In this document: positions 17,001 to 24,981 of the stretch, piece by piece
How the letters are laid out: each line of letters starts with the position of its first letter
How positions within the stretch are numbered: position 1 is the stretch's first letter
Origin: an uncultured Pseudomonadales bacterium
GTDB taxonomy: Bacteria; Patescibacteriota; Microgenomatia; UBA1400; PJMF01
Assembly: GCA_964394125.1 (NCBI GenBank)
Contig: CAYMVN010000001.1
Coordinates: 1 to 43,883, forward strand
Length of the DNA stretch: 43,883 nt
Direction: 5' to 3'
Notes under the pieces: model-generated
Seen by the model: only the letters and a program-made list of their open reading frames with translations
What the model was told of the DNA's origin: nothing
Database searches by the model: none
Position numbers and translations under genes: made by a program

Positions 17001-17724
17001 CGCCTACATTACTGAAACACTCGGCGTAGGGACAAAGATAGTTGTGGGTAACACAACAAGCCTTTCTGATGGAGCACTCGCCTTCACCCCAATTCCTGGT
17101 CAAGAGAATGTTCTCAAGATTCAACCGTCTGGCAGTGGAAGTATCGAACTGTTGGCTGGTGTCATGACTATTCAAAATGGCCAAGTGACGATAACTGGAG
17201 ACATCACTGCAACGGGCAAAGTAAAAGCCTCAACGTTATTGACGAACCTCATTCAACCTGCCGACTTTGGAAATCCATTCCAGGTGCAAGTAGCAGGTAT
17301 CTCTACCGGTTCAGGAGAGCTTAAAAAATCACGATTCGAGATTATTAACGAGCTCGGTACCCCAGTGGCAACTATTTCAGCTGAAGGTAAAGCTAACTTT
17401 GCTGGTGGAATCGGCGTTGGTAGCCAAGAGCTGAGTGTCCCAACCGTCTCAAGTGGCAGCGCAGTTACCGTCACCGCCGAAAAATCTTCTGGAAAGTCAA
17501 AAATTCAGGCGGGAACACACGAAATTACCATCGAGTCTGAGCATATTTCAAGCGACTCGCTCATCTACGTTACCCCACTGGGCAGCACCCAGAATCAAGT
17601 GTTGTACGTAAAGTCACAAACAGCCGAAGATCCTGCTACTTCAGAACACGAAGGCAAGTTTGTTGTTGGTTTTGATGCTGCCGTTTCCAGTGATGTGTCG
17701 TTCAATTGGTGGATTGTTAACTAG
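8041..17724 (+). CDS. Giant (3227 aa) single-pass surface fibre protein: XerD-type core-binding (SAM-like) domain, TM helix, tail-fibre-like repeat ectodomain
   Basis: A single uninterrupted ORF; all overlapping ORFs are short shadows. Residues ~88-172 (nt 8302..8556) read YVLALTSGDCSNATIRNYRSDINQFLHF...LTKQKVLEFIRAQKSAQLSAATVKRKLVSLAQFGLWLESIGAL. This fits the tyrosine-recombinase N-terminal core-binding pattern, but no catalytic domain follows. The TM helix is YANLAMILLFLLSFSYFGYKQLF (8821..8889). The ectodomain starts LSFQGRLTD...NPIT....LWDSG....V..DGIFS..LG........VWLEVTV..E.LSPRQ.I.SV.YAL. It then carries 18 GN(V/I/L)(G/S)IGT...KL.V.G motifs, and ends in a coiled region and beta-rich terminus (...FNWWIVN). 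Confidence 0.9.
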   Translation: MTAQEVYLTSVNKLFSTFLLSLDLTAEEKKHAEALFVQLLSRLAANASTASVAEFLNGQKGAAREISAAYASVQQFVGSVPLSQSKILLHEYVLALTSGDCSNATIRNYRSDINQFLHFTNEDQLAKTLTKQKVLEFIRAQKSAQLSAATVKRKLVSLAQFGLWLESIGALPLGSCSWLVELSHTAHDTVTEPAKQPVEEKLPVHKKRLRFPLASLAPALFAQKHERKTNSGQEYSEQIKRNVRLLQSTLQKRSSSFFSRYANLAMILLFLLSFSYFGYKQLFITPDKPLAFPSTLTRPNRTLSFQGRLTDTAQNPITAATNFRFKLFDSGPSTGSGTQLWDSGVCSVTPDQDGIFSTGLGSDCGSEIASSVFSENANVWLEVTVASETLSPRQSIKSVAYALNSETLQGFPPADPATANTVLVMNSSGEVVLGSATPKIKASSTSLTLEGTTLTMQATSGSNGNVVLDPDGTGIVIAKDYIAAPGATLSATYAGGTALVTKGGPTGTADIQQWQNSAGTALSVVNASGNFGIGTSSPGMKLDVVGGTARVVSSGTPLATSYDLSIQNPASSQTWLEILNNGGTNKGAFFGMWNDSFQLWNYQAGDISFYTNTSASNGTERLRIENNGNIAVGTTGTANFLLDVNGTVGPHVDSSYNLGSLTYAWANIYGDALYQNGYQVCDSSGNCPSAGYWRQLNGALSPMNDTVDLLIGASATTSAKFAFMNVNSGTPTASISGNLAVAVPTGANPATTYTALNGGSINFQTSVGGPSGASSGLFIKNDGNIGIGSVSPAAKLDVAGTIRNNSYTAFGADTGSAQWGLNSARGINVIHTAAPAAGTGSVGIRSEITRTSDGTGSTINAAYYGRPLINASGLTVDENATYYAANGSITAGTMTNQYGLYVAGLSGATNNYAVYTASTTKSYFGGNVGIGTTNPANFKLQLTGDIGPTTTATYSLGSATYKWNNIYGTTIYQGANQVCDTSGNCGSGSIWANTANVYHPYNANATVADLVIGGNSTASADFRVTGLGNGSTDLAGYTYGRRFLDIDSTNYYVEPGNTTTAGAFASNVGIGTTTPDSLLHAYSNTTGASTVHGKFENISATGRAQAVVSSGTYPNNFFALMTHGASFASDNYLSDSTNDAGLGVLLGQGSQMTKFAVGTYNSTPLSFFTGNTERMYISSTGNVGIGTTNPSSFKLELAGNVGPTTTATYDLGSASLKWNNIYGTTIYQGANQVCDLGGNCGLGLWENNSNVFNPKNQYASIVDLVVGGNSTASADFRVTGLGNGSTDLAGYTYGRRFTDIDATGYYVEPGNVTTAGLFAGNIGVGTTGPLATVDIRGNVYLNDGSAGAPAFSFNADTNTGFYRQASDLISFVANGQNALNVDGSTGTGRLMVGNGYPVSRLQLNDDTGTSASGLTLGSTSPISLYRSAASMLAITGGNVGIGETNPANFKLQLLGDIGPTTTATYNLGSATYKWNNIYGTTIYQGANQVCDMSNNCGTTLWENNSNVINPRNQYAAVTDLIIGGNSTASADFRVTGLGNGSTDLAGYTYGRRFLDIDSTGYYVEPGNIFTAGLFAGNVGVGTTNADTTLKVYNSSAPTFQVATSTTANVGLYYEGSGNDLYLGGDSSQDGNLYIKNLSGTTTIALNAGSATHSYINSGANVGIGTTNPANFKLQVAGGVGPTVTATYDLGSATYKWNNIYGTTIYQGANQVCDTSNNCGTPLWENNSNAFNPRNEYASIADIVVGGNSTASADFRVTGLGNGSTNLAGYTYGRRFLDIDSTGYYVEPGNTSIAGAFAGNVGIGTTNPAGLLEVKSPNANYTFTTSSTSGYTTNFLMDDTGLRIGHNSSSRDIEFQTSSTTRMTILGGGNVGIGTTSPNNLFEVAASDTGNTFLSSASVRVTNTNSAAFGRMQSLTFGTAGNSSYIGAGIAGIYDNWNVTNGAGHTLAFFTKDSSIEATPSEKMRINKSGNLGIGTTSPAAKIEVYGATEGIRITGSGTTGDSSTAYLTFYDSNGSTRRGFVGDGATSNDDIHLKADTGDIHIGDSSSGTVLNLSGGNVSIGTTSSTLGKLTVMGTKVLDGAQVFTQSVADDTAYSSSPIAGIRFITKYNTAGGLAGLGGINVGKENTTDGDYASYLTLTTRTNGSSIAERLRIDSSGNVSIGTTSSAAKLYTYDAADNTIITAGYSGARTNPLFLATTTTSSVAPTGFDFYSWYSAWGPVSGGIRGSSGSGTWESQIYGTQKLVLNAGGYSSSTADIMIDLAGNVGIGTTSPGSKLDVAGDIRLSSGSSINSAGSDVRIHTNKTDDTAYEYFSFYSGASRQGIILYDGAWTGCSNVTDEFCLKAENGNHLAFYSESGKDIRLIPGGNVGIGTTSTVAKLTVYSSLTGSGASETISSNTSLSTAATGDYMGYWLNMNAITASSGTQAPTMYGQYNTISRSLTDNSSGQSTVYGTYSSASQLALTNNVGSKVTYGGYFTATGNSLGNSFAIGVAADATGTDTSYGVYTGTVTGTDPYSIYTSGTTKSYFGGNVGIGVTGPAQKLDVAGTIQTDLVASTNSYALCHENNVTLTNQDIKDCSGTPAADYMEFYSVDTNVTPGDLLAPSTTYITTNDGDQITKLTKTNQAYQRTTIGIASVPENAGDFNSIGRNIKDEDNPFPVALNGRVLVKFSSINGTIQPGDYVTSSDIPGVAMKATNAGWVIGKAIASYANSDTSAVGTVMVFVNSGWYDPSIQFNSEGELVINSAGQDTYTVSPVAGSPLQNIVAGATAVFGKIRAGSATITSITTEQLNISGQSIQELIASMIDERIAGSALVASQSAQLESVVATSASISGTLSASRTSLGELLAETATISGTLTTTELNVTGSSRLAQITAQQAVLERLKANTAELFDATISGTLYAENIANLDAKIATAIQEPTFIDALTGNIPSPPPAANPLTVYDTVATAGYTPVNPEFFAENEGISLVNGDILLDSAAVFVRKYLQVNGLAYITETLGVGTKIVVGNTTSLSDGALAFTPIPGQENVLKIQPSGSGSIELLAGVMTIQNGQVTITGDITATGKVKASTLLTNLIQPADFGNPFQVQVAGISTGSGELKKSRFEIINELGTPVATISAEGKANFAGGIGVGSQELSVPTVSSGSAVTVTAEKSSGKSKIQAGTHEITIESEHISSDSLIYVTPLGSTQNQVLYVKSQTAEDPATSEHEGKFVVGFDAAVSSDVSFNWWIVN
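10816..13455 (+). repeat. Four in-frame ~441-444-bp cassettes inside the giant gene (10816..11259, 11581..12021, 12349..12789, 13015..13455)
   Basis: Each cassette encodes GNVGIGTTNPANFKLQLTGDIGPTTTATY.LGSATYKWNNIYGTTIYQGANQVCD.S.NCG...NP.N.YA...D...GGNSTASADFRVTGLGNGSTDLAGYTYGRRFLDIDSTGYYVEPGN...AG.FAGNVG.GTT. Start-to-start spacings are 765, 768 and 666 bp, with non-homologous spacers. Identical DNA runs of 20-29 nt are shared, e.g. acaactatctaccagggtgcgaaccaagt and ggcaactccactgccagtgctgacttta. A diverged fifth copy lies at ~9922..10260. Confidence 0.9.
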
Positions 17725-17763
17725 AAATGATATATACTAGTGCGTAAGTACACAGGGACGCAT

Positions 17764-18815
17764 ATGCCACTTAGAAAAGAACAATTATTAGGACTCTCAT
17801 TTTCACTACTAACACTACTTGGGTTGGCTGAGTACTCACAAAATACTTCAGTGCAGCAAGCTGTTCTAGATCTTTTGGCAAGTGATGCGCAGGCACAGGA
17901 ACTTCCTTAACAAACACACCGACCCCTACTACAGAGTGGCCCACTGAAGAACCTACCGAAACTGCTACCTCAACTCCACTTCCTTTTGGGAATCTGCGTA
18001 TGGAGGTTGTTCCAGCTGAAGGCATTGACCCTGAGCACCAAGTTCCGATTCACTACATGTATGACGACTTCTTAACAGGTTTTAGAGAAGAAGATGATAT
18101 GGCGCGTGATAGAAGTGGTTTTTCTTTCACTCACTCTGCAGGCACAGGGTTATTCTCTTTAGATACACCAAATGCAGTTTCAGCCGAATTTACTGTTAAA
18201 TCCCACCCTGGATTCTATACAGTTACAGACGTCAGTATATCAGCAGAGGATCCAGATCTTAACACAACTTTTCAAGTTACCTCTGCATTGGTCTCTCAGG
18301 TGAGTGCTGCAAATGCTGCAGATATGACTACAGTACTTGTCGGTAACGTTGACGAAGCATCGCTCTCCATTGAAGACACCTCTGGAAATAAAGTTGAACT
18401 TTTAGGCATTGAAAATGGAGGCGAAATTGTGCTTGGTGGTGGTGGCACACAAGTAAGTGCAGGTGCACTAGATGCAGCTACACTTTTTGATACTGTACGG
18501 TTTTCAGCGCAAGGAGACCCAGATGGTTCAACCCTCAAAATTGCTCAGGCGGGTGTCATTTATGAGTCATCGTTACCAAAAGATGAGACAATTTTAGGCA
18601 GTATTTTAGAAACTGCTGGTGGACCAAAAATAACAGTTGATACGACTGGAGATGGTGTTGTTGGCCCTGATGATCAGACGTTTAATGCGGGCGAACCAAT
18701 TGTTATTGATGATGAGGTAAAACCAAAACCGACTAATACCCCAGTCTCTCCAACTGCAACCCCAAATCCACCAGGGAAACCTCAAACGCTTTATTTACCA
18801 TTCATTCAGAGATAA
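17764..18815 (+). pseudogene. Possible frameshifted or split gene for a secreted acidic protein: signal-peptide ORF 17764..17910 plus body 17886/18000..18815
   Basis: ATG 17764 opens a 48-codon ORF, MPLRKEQLLGLSFSLLTLLGLAEYSQNTSVQQAVLDLLASDAQAQELP*, which is signal-peptide-like. The frame of the 18000 ORF is already open from 17886 and reads ...TSLTNTPTPTTEWPTEEPTETATSTPLPFGNLR before the first ATG. That is a Pro/Thr linker typical of a mature secreted protein. The two frames overlap at 17886..17910. Confidence 0.35.
18000..18815 (+). CDS. Acidic protein of unknown function with a C-terminal Pro/Thr-rich tail (coordinates as in the ORF track)
   Basis: A 271-aa ORF on the same strand as the giant gene and immediately downstream of it. 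Composition is D/E/T/G-rich and it ends KPKPTNTPVSPTATPNPPGKPQTLYLPFIQR. There is no signal peptide if translation starts at 18000. Confidence 0.55.
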   Translation: MEVVPAEGIDPEHQVPIHYMYDDFLTGFREEDDMARDRSGFSFTHSAGTGLFSLDTPNAVSAEFTVKSHPGFYTVTDVSISAEDPDLNTTFQVTSALVSQVSAANAADMTTVLVGNVDEASLSIEDTSGNKVELLGIENGGEIVLGGGGTQVSAGALDAATLFDTVRFSAQGDPDGSTLKIAQAGVIYESSLPKDETILGSILETAGGPKITVDTTGDGVVGPDDQTFNAGEPIVIDDEVKPKPTNTPVSPTATPNPPGKPQTLYLPFIQR

Positions 18816-18831
18816 TTTTTTGTATTCGTTG

Positions 18832-19266
18832 TTATTTAGAACAGACGCAGAAGTATCCGCTTGCGTATGTGCCTGTTGCACCACAGCGCTCTGCTGAGTT
18901 TTTATCCTCATCACCTGCATCTGAATTAAGCTTCGCACAGGCGTAGAAAGTATCTGCTGTACCAGCATAGTCACAGCTAGTCTCTGATAAGAGCTTGCCA
19001 TCGACATAATTTTTTAAGTATGCCGTAGTATCCAGTGAGGTACAGGTGGTAAGACTCGCTCCCACTGGGTAACTCTGATTATCGTTGTAATACATCCGCA
19101 ATGCTGTTTTCAGCTGATTCATATTACTTTTTAATTTTGCATCGTACCCTCTATCACGGACACCCGCCATGTTAGCCAGTAAGAACGCCGCCAAAATTGC
19201 AATGACAGAGATAACAACCAAGAGTTCAATTAACGTAAAGCCATTGAGTTGCGTTATTTTTTTCAT
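18832..19266 (-). CDS. Type IV pilin-like / pseudopilin protein
   Basis: The N-terminus MKKITQLNGFTLIELLVVISVIAILAAF carries the prepilin peptidase motif (G|FTLIE) and a hydrophobic helix. It then reads RDRGYDAKLKSNMNQLKTALRMYYNDNQSYP (GspG/PilA-like), followed by a Cys-containing C-terminal head. Confidence 0.85.
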   Translation of the reverse strand: MKKITQLNGFTLIELLVVISVIAILAAFLLANMAGVRDRGYDAKLKSNMNQLKTALRMYYNDNQSYPVGASLTTCTSLDTTAYLKNYVDGKLLSETSCDYAGTADTFYACAKLNSDAGDEDKNSAERCGATGTYASGYFCVCSK

Positions 19267-19272
19267 AAAATA

Positions 19273-19830
19273 TTATTCGGCTTGTACTGTAAGTAATGAT
19301 GTATTTGAGCTATGCACTCCATAATTACAGCCCTTATATGGTGGAGAACCTCCTGTACAAGATATGGTGCCATACTTACCCAGGTCACCAGTGTCAGTGA
19401 CAGCTACTGCACTGTCACTTGTGTTCTCAAGCCGAGCATAAAGCTGATACCCCTTACCATCTGACTGATAAAAGTATAGATGCCCTTTAGGATCTGTTGG
19501 TAATTGGGACATGTAAGTATTAGTCTCGTCAATTACAAACTGCTCACCCCACTCACAAGACTCAGTAGCTTTGCCCTGTGCATCGATAGTTCCACAACCT
19601 TTAATGGTCTTATTATCTCCCACCAAAGGATACTTACCATAATCGTTATAATACAACTCCAATGCTCTCGAAATGCTCTCCAAGTCATTCTTCCGCTTGG
19701 CGTCCCGGGCTTTTATCTGTATTGAGGTATAGCTTCCCAAGCCCACAGCCACAAGGATCGCAATGATCGACATCGCTACCAAGAGTTCGATCAGTGTAAA
19801 GCCGGTTCTTCTCCTCTGTTTTATTTCCAT
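19273..19830 (-). CDS. Type IV pilin-like / pseudopilin protein
   Basis: MEIKQRRRTGFTLIELLVAMSIIAILVAVGL, then ARDAKRKNDLESISRALELYYNDYGKYP, with four Cys residues in the head domain. Confidence 0.85.
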   Translation of the reverse strand: MEIKQRRRTGFTLIELLVAMSIIAILVAVGLGSYTSIQIKARDAKRKNDLESISRALELYYNDYGKYPLVGDNKTIKGCGTIDAQGKATESCEWGEQFVIDETNTYMSQLPTDPKGHLYFYQSDGKGYQLYARLENTSDSAVAVTDTGDLGKYGTISCTGGSPPYKGCNYGVHSSNTSLLTVQAE

Positions 19831-19862
19831 ACGTCCACTATACCATTCTACCGTAGTGTCTG

Positions 19863-20366
19863 CTAATCACCATTTGCGTCAAGTTGTATCCCAACGGCAA
19901 CGCCGTAGGTATACGTAACAACCCCACTCTTGTAGCAACCATTTTCTTCACTGCACCCGAGTTTTTCGATGTCAGGGTCATGTTTGTTATCAAGCACTGC
20001 ATACAAGCGGTACGTTTTGCAAACACCCGAAGCACACTGCGGAAGGTAAAGATAGGGCAGCTTTGTCCGTACATCACAGGGCACTTCTTTCAGACTGTTA
20101 CTGAGTACAGTATTCTGCCCACAGACACTAACAGTACCATTGGTAGGGTGTAACTCAGAAGGATACGTCCCTTTATCATTGTAGTACTCTTCAAGTGCAG
20201 TCGCAATTTTGTGGAGGTCAGCCTTCCGCCGCCCGTCTCTGCCTTTGGCCAAGGAAGGAATGATATTGACTGTTAAGGCAGTAATGATAACGGCAATGAT
20301 CGCGATGACAGCGAGCACTTCAATAAGGGTAAATCCACTACGAGTACTGTTTGAGTGAGGTTTCAT
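19863..20366 (-). CDS. Type IV pilin-like / pseudopilin protein (first gene of the pilin triplet)
   Basis: MKPHSNSTRSGFTLIEVLAVIAIIAVIITAL, then GRDGRRKADLHKIATALEEYYNDKGTYP, followed by a Cys-rich head. Confidence 0.85.
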   Translation of the reverse strand: MKPHSNSTRSGFTLIEVLAVIAIIAVIITALTVNIIPSLAKGRDGRRKADLHKIATALEEYYNDKGTYPSELHPTNGTVSVCGQNTVLSNSLKEVPCDVRTKLPYLYLPQCASGVCKTYRLYAVLDNKHDPDIEKLGCSEENGCYKSGVVTYTYGVAVGIQLDANGD

Positions 20367-20375
20367 GTAAGTAAC

Positions 20376-20405
20376 AGTGTATCAAAAGATAAGGACTTCA
20401 TGCAA
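20376..20405 (-). promoter_or_regulatory. Candidate promoter of the pilin triplet (TTGCAT-18-TACACT on the minus strand), 9 nt before the ATG
   Basis: The minus-strand reading is TTGCATgaagtccttatcttttgaTACACTgttacttacATG. The -10 lies only 9 nt upstream of the start codon, implying a very short or absent leader. Confidence 0.3.
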
Positions 20406-20420
20406 AGGTACGATTCTCTC

Positions 20421-20449
20421 TTTACATTACCTCTATAGATTGGTTAAAT
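20421..20449 (+). promoter_or_regulatory. Candidate promoter for 20483..22591 (TTTACA-17-TTAAAT)
   Basis: TTTACA at 20421..20426, an exact 17-nt spacer, and TTAAAT at 20444..20449, in the divergent spacer. Confidence 0.3.
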
Positions 20450-20482
20450 GAAGAGTACTTTTATGATGAGAGAACTGCCTGT

Positions 20483-22591
20483 ATGAAAAATGCCCTCCTA
20501 CTTAGAAAGATTGCGGATATCACGATACTTGCAGTTTTTGTGGTGGGTGTGCTGGGCATCTTTCCATTTTTTGACAACTTTCTGTACTTCTCAAAGTATC
20601 TCACGCTGACTGTCGGAACGCTTGTTACTGCTGTTTTATATGTCCTTTATACCCTCGCCAAGCGCACTATTGAGATTAAGATCTCACCGCTTACAGTACC
20701 TTTATTTTTCTTTGGTTTAGCAGCAATAGCATCAAGTTTCTTTACGAATGCTTACCCAGTTGAAGCCTTGCTCGGTCTGGGTGGTGCGTACATTTCGCTC
20801 AGCTTACTCAGCTTGTTTGCAGGCAGTATCGTCACAGAGCACTTACCTAAAAAGCTCCTCTTTGCAGCAGGCTTTGTCGGGGTTGTACTTACTATAGGTA
20901 TTGGTACTCAATTCATCGGCTTTGGGCCAGTGCAACTCTTGAATGCACTCTTTTCTCTCTCACTGCCTTCATCTGCAGCATTTAGCGTTGCTGGTGGGAG
21001 CTTCTTTGCTCTGCAAGTATTGGTTATTACGTGTGTTGGCATTATAGCTGAGATCGTTGCCCACAAACGCATCGAGAAGTGGATGCTGGTAGTACTCCCG
21101 ATACTCATTGTTGGTGTACTTTTACATGTTTGGACAATTCTGCCAGGAAAAGATGGCGCACTTGTATCACCTTCTTGGGCAGCAAGCTGGTCGATTGCAC
21201 TGGATAGTATCAGACAACCAAAGGCGGCGCTCATTGGTGGTGGCGCAGCTTCGTATGGTAACTACTACTTACGCTTCAAGCCCGTTTGGTTGAACTCTCT
21301 GAGCACCTGGAACATTCCGTTCACACAAGCCAGTAACCTTCCATTCACACTGATCGTCACAATGGGGTTCTTCGGTCTCGGTAGTTGGTTGCTGTTGGCA
21401 TGGCAGTCTGTGCGCATGTTCCGCTCGTACACTGGCACCGCAAAAACGATGAGTGCAATGCTCGTCAGCGTCTTTATTTTGCAGCTCTGTTTCCCAACCA
21501 GTATTACTATCCTTGTTGTACAAGCTGTTCTCTTTGTGGCTGCCTTTGCTGCCCGCACAGAGAAGCTACCTGTCTTCAAACTACAGGCACTCACCATGAG
21601 TATGGAAGTTGAGTCAGGACAGACACATAGTACATCTGCACAAAAAGCGTCATTCCCTGTGTATATCGTGAGTACCGTACTCTTAGCCGGAATTGCTTTT
21701 TCTGGATACTATCTGGGAAGGTTTACTCTCTCTGAGATGCACTCAATGGAAGCGAGCAAAGCAATTAGTAAAAATGACATTGTCACTGCCTATGAGCAAC
21801 AACAACAAGCTATACAGCTGAACCCCTACAGTGATGTGCTGAGAAGAAACTATGCACTGACGAACCTGTTTATCGCCTCTTCTCTCTCTACCAAGGCTGA
21901 CATTTCTGATGCCGAAAAGTCACAAGTAGCTGAGTTACTGCAGCAAGCTGTTAGAGAAGCCCGCACTGCGACGATGCTCGATGACCTTGATGTAGAGAAC
22001 TGGGGAGTACTGGCCCGCATGTATCAAAATATGATTGGTGTTGCAGATCAGTCAGATCAATTTGCTGTTCAAGCATACGTTCAGGCAATCAATACTGATC
22101 CTACGAACCCAAGTTTACGGTTAGCACTGGGTGGCTTGTTCTTAGAAAAGAAACAGTATCAACAAGCTGCTTCTATCTTCAAACAAGCTGTTGATATTAA
22201 GCAAGATCTCCCGAACGCACAGTACAACCTAGCATATACACTAGAAAAGCTCGAAGCACATGCAGATGCACAAGCTGTGTACAAGAATCTCCTGACGCTC
22301 TTAGAAAGTACCGGAAACACACAAACTGCAGAGTATGCAAAGGTGAAGGAAGAGTATGACGCTGTTACAAAGTTAGTTGATGCGGCAGAGAAAGCAGCGG
22401 CAAAGAATGCCCCAGCACAGACAGGAACACCAGCACAAGGCACAAAGACAACACCTTCTATTCTTGACCAAAATATCGATACAACTTCAAGTGAAGTCCC
22501 AACGCAACCAACTGGAATTGAGTTAAGTCCAGATCAGCAAACGCGCCTCAGTCAAGAGGTTGCATCGCCGTCTCCTTCTCCAGCACCATAA
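20483..22591 (+). CDS. Polytopic membrane protein with C-terminal TPR repeats; tentatively O-antigen-ligase/PglL-like
   Basis: The first ~430 aa contain about 10-12 hydrophobic helices. The C-terminal ~250 aa show TPR-like repeats (AYEQQQQAIQLNP, AVQAYVQAINTDP, AASIFKQAVDIKQDLPNAQYNLAYTLEKL) and an A/P/T/S-rich tail. The ligase assignment rests on architecture and the position next to pilins. I could not see the catalytic His motif. Confidence 0.5.
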   Translation: MKNALLLRKIADITILAVFVVGVLGIFPFFDNFLYFSKYLTLTVGTLVTAVLYVLYTLAKRTIEIKISPLTVPLFFFGLAAIASSFFTNAYPVEALLGLGGAYISLSLLSLFAGSIVTEHLPKKLLFAAGFVGVVLTIGIGTQFIGFGPVQLLNALFSLSLPSSAAFSVAGGSFFALQVLVITCVGIIAEIVAHKRIEKWMLVVLPILIVGVLLHVWTILPGKDGALVSPSWAASWSIALDSIRQPKAALIGGGAASYGNYYLRFKPVWLNSLSTWNIPFTQASNLPFTLIVTMGFFGLGSWLLLAWQSVRMFRSYTGTAKTMSAMLVSVFILQLCFPTSITILVVQAVLFVAAFAARTEKLPVFKLQALTMSMEVESGQTHSTSAQKASFPVYIVSTVLLAGIAFSGYYLGRFTLSEMHSMEASKAISKNDIVTAYEQQQQAIQLNPYSDVLRRNYALTNLFIASSLSTKADISDAEKSQVAELLQQAVREARTATMLDDLDVENWGVLARMYQNMIGVADQSDQFAVQAYVQAINTDPTNPSLRLALGGLFLEKKQYQQAASIFKQAVDIKQDLPNAQYNLAYTLEKLEAHADAQAVYKNLLTLLESTGNTQTAEYAKVKEEYDAVTKLVDAAEKAAAKNAPAQTGTPAQGTKTTPSILDQNIDTTSSEVPTQPTGIELSPDQQTRLSQEVASPSPSPAP

Positions 22592-22598
22592 CGATACG

Positions 22599-24936
<2,338 letters not shown>

Positions 24937-24981
24937 ACGCTCAGTTCATTATACCCACCACATACGTGTTGCTGGAATGAA

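Noticed and set aside
8063-17474. About 20 ORFs of 60-117 aa from the six-frame track, on both strands inside the giant gene (e.g. 8063..8248-, 10296..10619-, 10760..11113+, 14468..14815+).
   Set aside because: All lie fully inside the uninterrupted 9.7-kb ORF. Their low-complexity or odd compositions mirror the G/T/S-rich coding frame, and they lack start-site signals. They are frame shadows.
17771-18025. An 84-aa minus-strand ORF between the giant gene and 18000..18815.
   Set aside because: It is antisense to the signal-peptide ORF and the Pro/Thr linker, which give a much more coherent plus-strand reading. It has no start signals.
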